Shown: positions 48,660 to 58,955 of the stretch, piece after piece
How the letters are laid out: each line of letters starts with the position of its first letter
How positions within the stretch are numbered: position 1 is the stretch's first letter
Source: a virus
Taxonomy: Duplodnaviria; Caudoviricetes
Direction: 5' to 3' (one strand)
Virus record (IMG/VR): IMGVR_UViG_3300035208_003134
Coordinates: 1 to 64,000 of that record
DNA: 64,000 nucleotides
The notes under the pieces: generated by a model
What the model saw: the letters and a program-made list of their open reading frames with translations, nothing else
What the model was told of the DNA's origin: nothing
Databases searched by the model: none
Made by a program: the position numbers and the translations under genes

Positions 48660-49835
48660 GTGGAAAAGAAAGATAAAGATAAAAAGCCTGCGGTTGAGAA
48701 GGAACAGAGCATTGCAGATTTTGTGGGCTCTTTGGTTGAAAGTTATAACAAGAATGACATTGCAGTTGAGACCGGTCATATAGAGTGCGATTTCTTTGAC
48801 TCCGGAAACTATGCACTCAATTACATTCTGTCCGGAGACTTTGATGTAGGCTTTCCGGTGGGCGGCCATATGGTGGATGTCCACGGCGACCCACAGACCG
48901 GCAAGTCGCTTATGGTCTATACTGCCATTTCTAACTTCCTGAAGAAATACAAGGACGGCATAGCTGTACTTGATGACACCGAGAATGCCTATGTGCAGTT
49001 CTTGGGTAGCAACATAGGAATTGACGAGAGCCGTTTTATGCGCTTCAGTACTTCTTCAGTTGAAGACCACGCTAAGATATTTTTCCACGGCGGTAAAATC
49101 CAGACTGGTACAGATGCCGAAGGCAAGGCTATTTATAGGGAGGTCAAGCCCTTAGTGCCGGAGCTTGCTAAGAAGTCCAAGCATATCTTGATTGTGGTGG
49201 ATAGTATCGGGATTTGGTCAACCAAGCACGAGCTTACGACCGACTTTGACAAGAGGGATATGTCTAAGACTCAAGTCTTGAAGAAGCTCCTGCGTACTAT
49301 TAAGGAAGATATTCGTAGGTACAATGTTGATTATATGATTACCAACCATATGTACTTCAATATTGGTGATATGTTTGGTCCACAGAAGAAAGAGTCGGGC
49401 GGCCAAGCACCGGCTTATCAATCGCAGATAAGGCTCTGTATGGCGATTGCAGGCAAGATTAAGGTTAATAAATCCGGAAAGGTTATAGCCAAGGATGAAG
49501 ACGACAAGGACTCCAAGATTGTGGGAGTCGTAGCCCGCGCTACTACGGTCAAGAACCGGTTCGCTCCACCCTTTAGGTCTTGTGATATAGAAATTAGGTT
49601 TGACTCCGGAATGTCAAGGTACTCTGGACTCTTGAAGCTCTTGATAGACCTTGGAATAGTAGCACTTGGGGATGGTGGGTGGTATGCAACTTTTGATAAG
49701 AAAATCAGGTTTCAGTCTAAGGACTTGCCGGATAAGTGGGAAGAGATTAGGAAGCTCATTACGCCGGATAGGGTCAAACTCCGGTCTTTAGGGATACCTA
49801 TTATAGAGGAAGTGAAAGGAGCGGACAGTGTTTAA
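48660..49835 (+). CDS. RecA/UvsX-like recombinase
   Basis: GDPQTGKS, DTE, VVDS, ESGG, KNRFAPPF. Confidence 0.9.
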   Translation: MEKKDKDKKPAVEKEQSIADFVGSLVESYNKNDIAVETGHIECDFFDSGNYALNYILSGDFDVGFPVGGHMVDVHGDPQTGKSLMVYTAISNFLKKYKDGIAVLDDTENAYVQFLGSNIGIDESRFMRFSTSSVEDHAKIFFHGGKIQTGTDAEGKAIYREVKPLVPELAKKSKHILIVVDSIGIWSTKHELTTDFDKRDMSKTQVLKKLLRTIKEDIRRYNVDYMITNHMYFNIGDMFGPQKKESGGQAPAYQSQIRLCMAIAGKIKVNKSGKVIAKDEDDKDSKIVGVVARATTVKNRFAPPFRSCDIEIRFDSGMSRYSGLLKLLIDLGIVALGDGGWYATFDKKIRFQSKDLPDKWEEIRKLITPDRVKLRSLGIPIIEEVKGADSV

Positions 49836-50997
49836 ATACTCAAAACAATCAATCAGCTTGGACGAAGTATCAGTGATACCGGAGTCGGTCACGACTTACA
49901 GCGACAGTGATGTTGATTTATCAGTACAGATTAGGGACTTGACCCTTGGGATACCGGTCATAGGTGCGGCTATGGATAGCGTGATGTGTGCCAAGATGTT
50001 GACCGAACTGCAAGGGTTTGGTGGTATAGGCATAGTGAACCTGTGCGGCCTGATTTCAAGGTACGAACTTATTCAAATCAAATCCGGCGAGTATGTGTAT
50101 ATGGCTGAAGGCTTGCAGGAGAGTGTTGCCAACCGTATTGCACAGAGCCCGACGATTAAGACACTGCAGGGAATTTATAACTCGCATCCTATAAATACCG
50201 AAATTCTGCAGAAAAACCTTGAGACATTAAGGGAGCAGGTCGGGAAGAGCGAGTTTGCAGTATCGGCTACCCCACAGCAAGCCGAGCGCCTCTTTGACAT
50301 AGCTCTCCGGCAAGGTATCCGGACATATGCAATTCAGTCGTCGTTTATTTCACCCTATTGGTCGTCGGCTAAGTCCGTCGGCTTGAATGTTGGCAAGTTT
50401 ATTCAGTATTTACATCAGCACAACAACATTGTTATGGTCGGCAATGTGGCTTCGCTTAATGCTGCCGTGCCTTTCATTGAAGCCGGTGTTGACGCAATCA
50501 TTGAGGGCGTTGGTCCAGGAGTTCAGTGCACTACGAGGTTCGTCCTTGGTATAGGGGCTGGGCACATAACCACGATTGACGACCTGCGCGAGTACATAGA
50601 GAAGCAGAAATCAAGCACTAAGATTATCGCCGACGGTGGAATACACAATTCTGGCGATATTGTGAAGCTCTTGTGCTGCGGAGCTCACGCAGTTATTCTC
50701 GGCGGTATGTTGGCTAAGACCGTCCAAGCGCCATTCCTTGGTTATCATTGGGGGATGAGTGCTTATCACAATGTGCTTCCGCGCGGAGATTTGCTTCACT
50801 ACCCGAACATTCAGGACAGCGATACTGTAGGCAGGTTACTATATGGACCAAGCGAGAAGGCTGACGGTACGCAGGCTCTAATTCCGGCTCTTACCAATGC
50901 ATTCTCTAACCTTGGCTGTAAGAACATAAACAGTGCTTACCGCGACACTTTGGTCTTGAGGTTTGCCGGTGTCAAAACCGAGGGCAAAGATAAATGA
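49828..50997 (+). CDS. IMP dehydrogenase family protein (GuaB3-like)
   Basis: AAMDSV, VGNVA, GVGPGVQCTTR, IADGG, GGMLA, WGMS. Confidence 0.85.
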   Translation: MFKYSKQSISLDEVSVIPESVTTYSDSDVDLSVQIRDLTLGIPVIGAAMDSVMCAKMLTELQGFGGIGIVNLCGLISRYELIQIKSGEYVYMAEGLQESVANRIAQSPTIKTLQGIYNSHPINTEILQKNLETLREQVGKSEFAVSATPQQAERLFDIALRQGIRTYAIQSSFISPYWSSAKSVGLNVGKFIQYLHQHNNIVMVGNVASLNAAVPFIEAGVDAIIEGVGPGVQCTTRFVLGIGAGHITTIDDLREYIEKQKSSTKIIADGGIHNSGDIVKLLCCGAHAVILGGMLAKTVQAPFLGYHWGMSAYHNVLPRGDLLHYPNIQDSDTVGRLLYGPSEKADGTQALIPALTNAFSNLGCKNINSAYRDTLVLRFAGVKTEGKDK

Positions 50998-51344
50998 AAA
51001 AGAAGGTGTTCACGGGGCACGAGAAGAATGCTCCGATAGTAGTTAATAAGAAAGGTGGAATGCAGTCTTATACTGCGTATGCATTCCATACCATTGACCC
51101 CATAGCTATGCAGGAAATGGCTAAGGTTATGGCAGAAGGTTGCCGGAAGTACGCACAGGATAATTGGCGGTTGATTTCTGTGGAAGAGCACCTTAATCAC
51201 TTGCTAATGCATATTTTTGCGCATTTAGCCGGTGATACGCAGGACGACCATTTAGCACACGCAATGACCAGGGCTATGTTTGCCTTGGCAGTGGACAAGC
51301 GGCCAAAGTACCTTGGTGCTATGGCTAAGAAAGGGAAGAAATGA
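50994..51344 (+). CDS. dATP/dGTP diphosphohydrolase-like domain protein (DUF5664 family)
   Basis: AKVM.EG.RKY..DNWR..H..H..HLAHA pattern. Confidence 0.75.
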   Translation: MKKKVFTGHEKNAPIVVNKKGGMQSYTAYAFHTIDPIAMQEMAKVMAEGCRKYAQDNWRLISVEEHLNHLLMHIFAHLAGDTQDDHLAHAMTRAMFALAVDKRPKYLGAMAKKGKK

Positions 51345-51808
51345 ATAATGGGGGCAGGGAAATTGAGTATATGACAGATGTTTCTAATGCCAGATATGAA
51401 TATGCAAACCATATTGGCTTGAAGAAAGTAGTACTTGCCATTGATGAGCGTAACCCCAACCGGCTTGTAGTTAATATGGTGTATGCAGACAGAAATGGTA
51501 ATAACCTTATACTCAAACCTAAATTTTTGGATGTAGCTTTAGCACTTTGGGCATTGGTTAGGGCAGAATGGAAGAAATATGGTTGGTTTGGGCATATGCT
51601 ACCTTTGAAATTTGTGATTGAGGCAGTTTTTTGCTGTGGTAGTGTTGAGGAAATCCAACATTTGTGGGAGAATAAATATAAAAAGCCCAACCGCAAGGAT
51701 ATAGGGGATGAGGCGTTACCTGGGTTTTTAGACGACTGCTTAAATACTTGTACTGCTAAGCAGCTCTATTTTGATTTTGAGAAGGTTGAAGAAGTGGAAG
51801 TTGCATAA
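51341..51808 (+). CDS. hypothetical protein
   Basis: 155-aa ORF coupled to the upstream gene. Confidence 0.5.
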   Translation: MNNGGREIEYMTDVSNARYEYANHIGLKKVVLAIDERNPNRLVVNMVYADRNGNNLILKPKFLDVALALWALVRAEWKKYGWFGHMLPLKFVIEAVFCCGSVEEIQHLWENKYKKPNRKDIGDEALPGFLDDCLNTCTAKQLYFDFEKVEEVEVA

Positions 51809-51830
51809 TAGATGTAATCTACTGAACTAC

Positions 51831-51859
51831 TTGTGCGACAGCGACATTTGTGGTATAAT
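51831..51859 (+). promoter_or_regulatory. sigma70-type promoter (GAACTAC class)
   Basis: GAACTAC-TTGTGC-N17-TATAAT with TG extension. Confidence 0.65.
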
Positions 51860-51861
51860 GT

Positions 51862-52380
51862 TTGAAAGGGGAACAAATGATTGAGAATATGCAAGTGGAG
51901 GTCGTATTAAGGAAGAATAGGGGAGCTCTTGATGTCGGTGTATTCAAGGACATCGTGGCTCAATTCCTTTATATAGAGCTTGAAGATAGAGTAATACTGA
52001 ATTTCCCGTTAGATTGGGTCGGCTTCAGGGATGGTACTATGGCGGAGTTAATCAGGCAGTTTTACAACTGTATGTACATAGCCTTGGCTTACTTTGCCAA
52101 TGACTTAGAAATTGTTACCGACGCGGAAGGCGTGCCGATTGAGAAATTTGATGTAGTGGTAGCCGGTAAGAAGACCTGCAAGTATGTGAAGAAAAAGGTT
52201 AGAACCTTGCGCATTATAGACGAAGCCAAAAATGTTTTTAATGTTGAGGCTTATGTCTTGGATACGCGGGTCGTGCCACCGGCGGTGAAGGTGTTGGAGA
52301 TTTATTCAGGCGACATTGATAGCGGCGTGAAATTAGCGGACTTCTTGCCAAAGCCCGAAAAAGGCAAAGAAGACAGGTAA
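51862..52380 (+). CDS. hypothetical protein
   Basis: ORF after the promoter; likely starts at ATG 51877. Confidence 0.55.
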   Translation: MKGEQMIENMQVEVVLRKNRGALDVGVFKDIVAQFLYIELEDRVILNFPLDWVGFRDGTMAELIRQFYNCMYIALAYFANDLEIVTDAEGVPIEKFDVVVAGKKTCKYVKKKVRTLRIIDEAKNVFNVEAYVLDTRVVPPAVKVLEIYSGDIDSGVKLADFLPKPEKGKEDR

Positions 52381-55254
52381 ATGAAAGCATTAGTTTGGTC
52401 AGACGGTCATATCCATACTTGGAAGTCTTTCGGCATTTCCGAAGACTCGGTAATCTCTCGGCGCTTACAAAATCAAGTTGAAATCCTCAAGCAGATAGAC
52501 GACCTCATAGTTGAACACGAAATTCCTCTCCAAATCTTCGGCGGCGACCTCTTCCACAAAGTAGGCGAAATTCCGGTTGAATGCATAAACATAGTAAGAG
52601 ATTGGGTAAACAAGGTTGAAAAGTACTGCAAGATTGTTTGGGTACGGGGCAACCACGATTTAATCTCTGATGTTGTCTATCACCAATACCGCGACGCCAT
52701 AAACTTCTTAGAGAAAGACCACTCCAAGGTAGTAAGGTTCGGAGACCTTTCCATATGCACCATAGGCTACCACGAAGTAGTTGACTACGATAAGATTAAA
52801 GGCTACGACTTAGTAATCCTTCACAAGCAGCCCGCCTTAATAAACGAATACGGTCATAGATTTAAAGGTGTAGATTGGAAGACCCTTGCCGAGAATAACA
52901 AGCTCGTACTGTTCGGGCATTATCATAAGAAAGTCCGGCTCGCCGACAACTGCTTCACCATAGCACCCCCGCTCCCTCTAACATTTGACGATGTTGGGGA
53001 TAGAGGCGTTTACATAATAGATACCGATGGCATAAATTCCACATTAAAGTGTGATTTTGAAGTCATTGGTGGTCTTGCTGTAGCATTCATCCCGTTGAAG
53101 TCTCCTAAGTTCGTTACAGTAAAGACCGAAGCGGAAGTGCTGGACGATGGCAATTATTACAGGGTGCTTAATGCCACGAAGAAGATTGACAACGCTAATG
53201 TATTGTCTGTCGTCCAGCCACCGTTTTTTGATGAGCGTATTAAATCCGACGACTTCAATACCATACTTAGGGAATGGCTCTCTGTGAACAATAAAGACGA
53301 GACCTACCTTGAGATGATTAAGGATATAATAACAGACAAGATTAATACCGTCAAGCAGCTCTTTAAGGGCAGGCTTGCCAGTGTGGTCATAGAAGACTTT
53401 ATTTCAGTAGGCAAAATGATTGTGCCGGTAGAAAATGGCTTTACTTTGGTATCTGGCATTAACCTTGATACCAACGACAGCAACGGGTGCGGTAAGAGTT
53501 CAATCTTTGAGGCTATTTATTGGTGCTTGTTTGGTGAGACCACCAAAGGCTTGACCGGCGACGATGTCATTAGGCGCGGCCAAAAGAACTGTACGGTGTC
53601 ATTAGAGCTTGAATATGAGAATACACTCTACACAGTGACCCGCTCCAGAAAGCACGGCTTGAAGGTTGTTATAGTTAGCGGTGTTGGGGGCGATGTGGGC
53701 GAGCAGAATTTGACTGATGGCTTGCGCCTCGTGGATGCACAACAGCTCTTGGAAGGTATCCTCGGCTTTGATAAAACCGTATTCTTGGCATCCTGCTATT
53801 TCTCGCAGGAGAACTTAGTTATGTTGACCGGTCTCTCCGACGGCGACAAGACCGAAATGATTACTAACCTTTTAGGCTTTGACAAGTATGATGACCTGTA
53901 CCTCAAAGTCTTTGAGAAGATAAAGAAGTTTACTACCAGAATTGACGAGCTTGGGCGTGAGAAGACAGTGCAGGAGAGCAACATTGCCCGTAACAAGTCC
54001 AATGTCGTGCTTATAAATGGCTTTATTAGTCAAAGCAGGCTACATATTGAAACCTTGAAGTCCGAGATTGAGGGCTACCGGCAGCAAGCTCCGGCTACTA
54101 ATATAGAGGAAGAATTGCAGGCTCATACTGCCAAGGAGGACAACCTTAGCCGTCAACACGAGGAGGTCTCCAAGAATTATGACATCAAGACCCAAGACGT
54201 GCAAGCTGTCCGGCTGTCCAAGGCTACTAACGATGCTGAATGGCGAGGCAAGATTAGTGAGAGTGCCAAGGTTGGAATAAAGATTAAGAGTTTCAAGGCT
54301 TTGGATGTCGGTGCGAAGTGTGACAAGTGTGGGGCTATGATTACGCAAGAAAATGTCCAACTTTTTATTGACGAGAGTACCAGAGAATTTGATAAGTTGA
54401 GCTTGGAGTGCGATGAGTACCAAGCTAAAGCCACGGACTTAGACCAACGCATCGCCAAACTGGATGCCGAAGCTGATGTACTCTACTCCGAGAAGAACTC
54501 ATTGTATAGTGAGCTTGGGCGAGTCCGCGCCGAAATCAAGTCCTTGATACAGGCTAAGGGTGAGGCAGATAAGAACCTTGCATTAATTAAGGCTTGTGAG
54601 GGTGAGATTGCCGGTACTGAAAAGCAGATAGAGAAGGAGATTGAGAAGCGCGATAAAGCTAATGACGAAATCTTGAGCTTTGACGATAAGATTACCGAGC
54701 TTGACTGGCAAGTTGAGAAAACTAAAGCCGGTCTGGAGGTCTTGGAATTCTGGAAGTTCTCATTCTCGCCCCAAGGCATACGCGCACTCTTGTTGGATAG
54801 GTTCTGCAACGAGTTTAACAGTACAGTCAATACATATTTATCTACGGCGAGCAACGGGACAATGAGCGTAGCCGTTACCCCAACTAAGACCCTAAAATCC
54901 GGAGAAGCGCGCAACAAGATTGGTATGGATATTTACACCGGCGGTGAGGCAGTCAAGTATGAGTCTCTCTCCGGCGGTGAGAAAAGGCGCGTAGATGTGG
55001 CATTATGCCTCACCCTGAATAAGTGGATTAGCCAAAAATATGGGCTTTCCAACGGCTTACTTAGCCTGCTTATACTGGATGAGGTGTTTTCATATATAGA
55101 TGCTTCCGGCGAAGAGTCGGTAGCTACGCTCTTATACAATGAGGGCTTGAATAAGGCGGTATTTGTAGTCTCGCACACCGCAGACCTTGGGAGCTATGCC
55201 GAGCGTGTCCTGACAATAATCAAGGAGCACGGCATTAGTAGGATGGCTGAATGA
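52381..55254 (+). CDS. fused Mre11/SbcD nuclease-Rad50/SbcC ATPase
   Basis: DGH, GDLF, GNHD, GHYH; then NGCGKSS Walker A, CDKC hook, LSGGE, ILDE, VSH in one ORF. Confidence 0.9.
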   Translation: MKALVWSDGHIHTWKSFGISEDSVISRRLQNQVEILKQIDDLIVEHEIPLQIFGGDLFHKVGEIPVECINIVRDWVNKVEKYCKIVWVRGNHDLISDVVYHQYRDAINFLEKDHSKVVRFGDLSICTIGYHEVVDYDKIKGYDLVILHKQPALINEYGHRFKGVDWKTLAENNKLVLFGHYHKKVRLADNCFTIAPPLPLTFDDVGDRGVYIIDTDGINSTLKCDFEVIGGLAVAFIPLKSPKFVTVKTEAEVLDDGNYYRVLNATKKIDNANVLSVVQPPFFDERIKSDDFNTILREWLSVNNKDETYLEMIKDIITDKINTVKQLFKGRLASVVIEDFISVGKMIVPVENGFTLVSGINLDTNDSNGCGKSSIFEAIYWCLFGETTKGLTGDDVIRRGQKNCTVSLELEYENTLYTVTRSRKHGLKVVIVSGVGGDVGEQNLTDGLRLVDAQQLLEGILGFDKTVFLASCYFSQENLVMLTGLSDGDKTEMITNLLGFDKYDDLYLKVFEKIKKFTTRIDELGREKTVQESNIARNKSNVVLINGFISQSRLHIETLKSEIEGYRQQAPATNIEEELQAHTAKEDNLSRQHEEVSKNYDIKTQDVQAVRLSKATNDAEWRGKISESAKVGIKIKSFKALDVGAKCDKCGAMITQENVQLFIDESTREFDKLSLECDEYQAKATDLDQRIAKLDAEADVLYSEKNSLYSELGRVRAEIKSLIQAKGEADKNLALIKACEGEIAGTEKQIEKEIEKRDKANDEILSFDDKITELDWQVEKTKAGLEVLEFWKFSFSPQGIRALLLDRFCNEFNSTVNTYLSTASNGTMSVAVTPTKTLKSGEARNKIGMDIYTGGEAVKYESLSGGEKRRVDVALCLTLNKWISQKYGLSNGLLSLLILDEVFSYIDASGEESVATLLYNEGLNKAVFVVSHTADLGSYAERVLTIIKEHGISRMAE

Positions 55255-55667
55255 CGAAGCGCCAGCTCCTGAAAAGGCTCCGGAACCGAGCCTATAAGCT
55301 TTGGCGCGAATGCGTCTTGATAAGGTGGGGGTACAAGTGCGTGGGCTGTGGGGAGAAGAAGCTCCCGAATTGCCACCACATAGTACCAAAGATTTTTGCT
55401 TCTTTGAGATATGACCCGATTAACGGGATTGTGGTGTGCCCAAAGTGCCACAAGTTTGACAACCGGTTCTCGGCACATAAAAATCTCCTGTGGTTTGCAG
55501 TCCTGCTCGTGAGTAAGCTTGCGGCTGGGGAAATCAAGTATTTGATTAGGAAAATGACTGCAGAGGGCAGGGTTAAGATAGAGCCGACAGTTGAGTACTA
55601 CGAAGGTGAGATTAAAAAATTGGAAGAGTTTCTAAAGACGAAAGGAGCAACAAATGGCAAAAGTTAA
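55251..55667 (+). CDS. HNH endonuclease (NinG-like)
   Basis: CVGC..HHI..LRYDPINGIVVCPKCH. Confidence 0.8.
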   Translation: MTKRQLLKRLRNRAYKLWRECVLIRWGYKCVGCGEKKLPNCHHIVPKIFASLRYDPINGIVVCPKCHKFDNRFSAHKNLLWFAVLLVSKLAAGEIKYLIRKMTAEGRVKIEPTVEYYEGEIKKLEEFLKTKGATNGKS

Positions 55668-56070
55668 GCACCCGAAAATAACGGAAAGAATTGGTATTTA
55701 TGCGGATAAAAAGCTCGTCTCTATGGCGGGTGAAGGCAGGCATATTAAAGAGCATTATGTCGTAGTCTCGGACAAAAAAGTCGGCAAGAAGAGGGTCATC
55801 ACCCTTGAAGTCCAAGACCGGCGCGAGGTGGACAGGAAGAAGAAAGAGCTCTTGGAAGCCATTTTGGTTAATATGGGCGACCAGAAGAACAAGACTGTTC
55901 GTGCTCTGGTTGCGGATGTATTGAATGATTATACCGACAGTAGCATTGACGACCTGCACAATAGGGTAGTTACTAAAAAACAGCCGGTTAAGGCGCAGGA
56001 AGGTTGCTTCAAGCTCGTCATAGGGGACGGCAGGAAAAAGGGTCATAAAGAAATAATGATAAGGGAGTAA
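55654..56070 (+). CDS. hypothetical protein
   Basis: AAGGAG RBS; coupled ORF. Confidence 0.55.
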   Translation: MAKVKHPKITERIGIYADKKLVSMAGEGRHIKEHYVVVSDKKVGKKRVITLEVQDRREVDRKKKELLEAILVNMGDQKNKTVRALVADVLNDYTDSSIDDLHNRVVTKKQPVKAQEGCFKLVIGDGRKKGHKEIMIRE

Positions 56071-56073
56071 ATA

Positions 56074-56574
56074 ATGGAACTGAAATCCAGTATGGAAGAT
56101 AGAGTAGTAAAGCTTAAAATGCTTGTGGTATTGATAACTCCTAAGGACAGGGACGCCTTAGTGGATTTGCTAAAGTCAATACCTAAGAAAGCTAAGTTAG
56201 ACAGGCTTGATGAGTATATGCTCAATAGCTTGATAGGGGCTATGGAGAACCCACAAGAGCCTCAAGAGCCTGAAAAAGTTAGTCCCCAACCAGCCACGGA
56301 AAGTACGCCAGTAATTAAGCAGCGACCACCGATTGAAGAAGGCAAAGAGCCCTCGCCGGAAGAGAAGAAGCGTATGATAGGCGATGTGAAGAGAAGGCTT
56401 GACCCAAAAAATGAAAAGAACTTGGTGCAGTTTATTGCCGAGTCGGTAGCTTTTGGCAAGAGCCAATTTGGTGTTAAGGCAGACCCTAAGGCACAAACCG
56501 AGGAAGCATTTTGGGATTGGTTATATGAAAATCAAATTATTAATATTGACGGCAGTCCTGCTAACCGTACTTAG
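56074..56574 (+). CDS. hypothetical protein
   Basis: 166-aa ORF with a Pro/Glu linker. Confidence 0.55.
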   Translation: MELKSSMEDRVVKLKMLVVLITPKDRDALVDLLKSIPKKAKLDRLDEYMLNSLIGAMENPQEPQEPEKVSPQPATESTPVIKQRPPIEEGKEPSPEEKKRMIGDVKRRLDPKNEKNLVQFIAESVAFGKSQFGVKADPKAQTEEAFWDWLYENQIINIDGSPANRT

Positions 56575-56848
56575 CGTTATCTTTGAGGACAAGACTTATA
56601 AGATAACTGCTTACTGCGACCAAGGGCTTACTAAAATGGGAACTCCAGTTAGGGTTGGAGTATGTGCCGTTGACCCCAAAGTTATTCCTTTAGGTAGTAT
56701 AGTTGAAATAAAAGGAATAGGGAGGTTCAGGGCAGAAGATACGGGAAGTAAGGTTAAGGGAAGGGTTATTGATATTTATATGCCAAATTGTGTTGAAGCA
56801 AAGAAGTTCGGTGTCCAATGGCGAAAATTTGAAATAGAAAGAAGGTAA
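56525..56848 (+). CDS. secreted 3D-domain (MltA-type) cell-wall enzyme
   Basis: Signal-like N-terminus; ITAY, AVDPKVIPLGS, AEDTG, IDIY. Confidence 0.85.
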   Translation: MKIKLLILTAVLLTVLSVIFEDKTYKITAYCDQGLTKMGTPVRVGVCAVDPKVIPLGSIVEIKGIGRFRAEDTGSKVKGRVIDIYMPNCVEAKKFGVQWRKFEIERR

Positions 56849-58253
56849 TATGAGAGTTAAGTGTAAAAACTGCAAGAAGTTTATCAGGGGCATATGCGAT
56901 AAGTTTAAGCGTAGGCGTTCTTCTGGCAAGAAGCGCGAGTGTGCGTTTCACGACCCCAAACCACCAAAGCAGAGGGTCTATGCTCCATATTTTAGGTTTA
57001 TTTCAAGAGAAGAGCGCCGTAAGATGAGGCTTAAGGCTGCTGAAGACAGGAAGAAAGCCGAGGCTTATCAAAAAGAAATGGAGCAGAAGAAATTGCTTGC
57101 GGCCTCAATGCAGGACATAAAAGCTCCACAGGCTAAGGTTGTAATTAAAAAGCCCAACATCTTCAAGCGTATGTTTAGGAGAACCGGTGGCAAATGATAG
57201 TAGCCCTACTTGTGGCTGTGCTTATTGTTTTGGCAATAGCGAGCTCTGCCAGTAAGTCAACAGTCCGGAAGTGCTTCTCCGCGAGCTGTGCTTATAACCG
57301 GCGTGGGCGTTGCACTAAGGCGCAGATTGACATTTACGATAATGAAGTCGTTGGGATTTGCCTTTGGCATACGAGCCCTATGGTCCAACGGGTCTCCGGA
57401 GTACTTGCCAAGGGGAGAAACATAGGAAAAGTTGACGGCGAAATAGCCTTTATGGACAAGTTCAAGAAGGCAATGGAAGACGACAAGGATTTGCAAGCAG
57501 TCAAGAACCCTGAAGAATTTGCCAAATGGATGAAAAAGAGGGGCGTTGACCTCTGGTAAGGAGAATAAACAATGAAACCAATGCAAAGATATAAGGTCTG
57601 TTTCAATCCTATACCCGAAATTAACTGCTTTATGCGGGCAACTGATTTTTTCAAGGATGGCGAAGGCATTGCTTTAGAAGAAATCTTCGTCGTAACTTGG
57701 AAAGAGGGTGAGGTTGTGGATGAGGCAAGGATTAAGGCTATGGCGGAGAATATCCGCAAGGCACTGGAACACGAGAAATTTGAAGTGTTTAGCGTGGAGG
57801 CAATATGAGTACCGGCAGGATAGTCCAAACATTGGATGAGGTGGTTGAGGAGCTTGAGGGCGTACTATGTGACCCAGAGGGCAACGTCTGCATTGCGGGT
57901 AGTGAGGGCGACCGCATAGTTATCAGAGGTGCACTGAATAAGCTCAAAGGTCTTGGCGGTAGGCTTGAGAAGGAGGTTAGGGAATTAGGCTTTGACCTCG
58001 TGGACGATTACTTTCCTAAAGGTAAATGCAAGGAGCGCGGTCAAGCTTTAGTCTTGTATTCATTGTTAGTCATAAGGTTCTTAAACAAAATCCGGACAGA
58101 GCTTGCAAGGGGCGTATTACTCAACTGCCCGAAGTGCGGTAAGAAGTTGAAGTGCTTGCGTGACCCTAAAACTAAGAAAATTAATAGGCACTTGTTGGGA
58201 TGCAAGTGCCTTAGCACTAAAAGAGTTTCAGTAGGTTAAGACGGGAGGTCAAA

Positions 58254-58955
58254 ATGGGTGGACTAAGGAAATTGTTACAGATGTTTAGGAAAAAGTCAAA
58301 GAGGCTCTGGGCTTCGGGCGAGGCACTTACGACTCAAGAACCAAACTCACCAATGCAGGCTATTAGGTGGAATGAGAATGTGCAGATAGAAGGAAAGAGT
58401 ACGAATGCAGACGAGAGGATAGCGGCCAAGCCAAAGGATATCGTCAACGAAATCTTGTGTAAGGATGATGAGGTGAAGCTTGACTTTTCTAACCTAAAAG
58501 CTAAAATCAAAGCTGTAGAGAAGAGGCGCGATTTTATGCGGGATGATATGGGCGTCCAGACCAGCGACGAAGAGCAGGCTCTTGGGTACTTGAATGCCAG
58601 ACTTACACTTACTAAACAGAAAAATGCCAAGACCTTGTTCCCGTGGCACATTACTACTCAAGACAAGATAGATGCCCTGTGCAAGAAGTTTAAGGTAAGC
58701 GCCGGTCACAGCCTAAGCAGTTACAAGAGGTGCATACCGCAGGAAGCCTTAGATGTTATGGAGCAGTACCTTAAGGCTTGTAGGGTAATATCTAAAAAAG
58801 AGCCGACCATCCTGCTCATAGTTGATGTAGGCGGCCAAGAGCAAAGGAAAGACCCGATTGTTTACGCAACTTCGCCCTTTGGCAATTATTTTTATGTCTT
58901 GGGGGCGTGGGATAAAGAGGTTGAGATAATTGACGAGCTCTTCCTTTGGAAATAG
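58254..58955 (+). CDS. conserved phage hypothetical
   Basis: IP..AL..KDPI..SPFG..LGAWD pattern; GGGAGG RBS. Confidence 0.55.
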   Translation: MGGLRKLLQMFRKKSKRLWASGEALTTQEPNSPMQAIRWNENVQIEGKSTNADERIAAKPKDIVNEILCKDDEVKLDFSNLKAKIKAVEKRRDFMRDDMGVQTSDEEQALGYLNARLTLTKQKNAKTLFPWHITTQDKIDALCKKFKVSAGHSLSSYKRCIPQEALDVMEQYLKACRVISKKEPTILLIVDVGGQEQRKDPIVYATSPFGNYFYVLGAWDKEVEIIDELFLWK

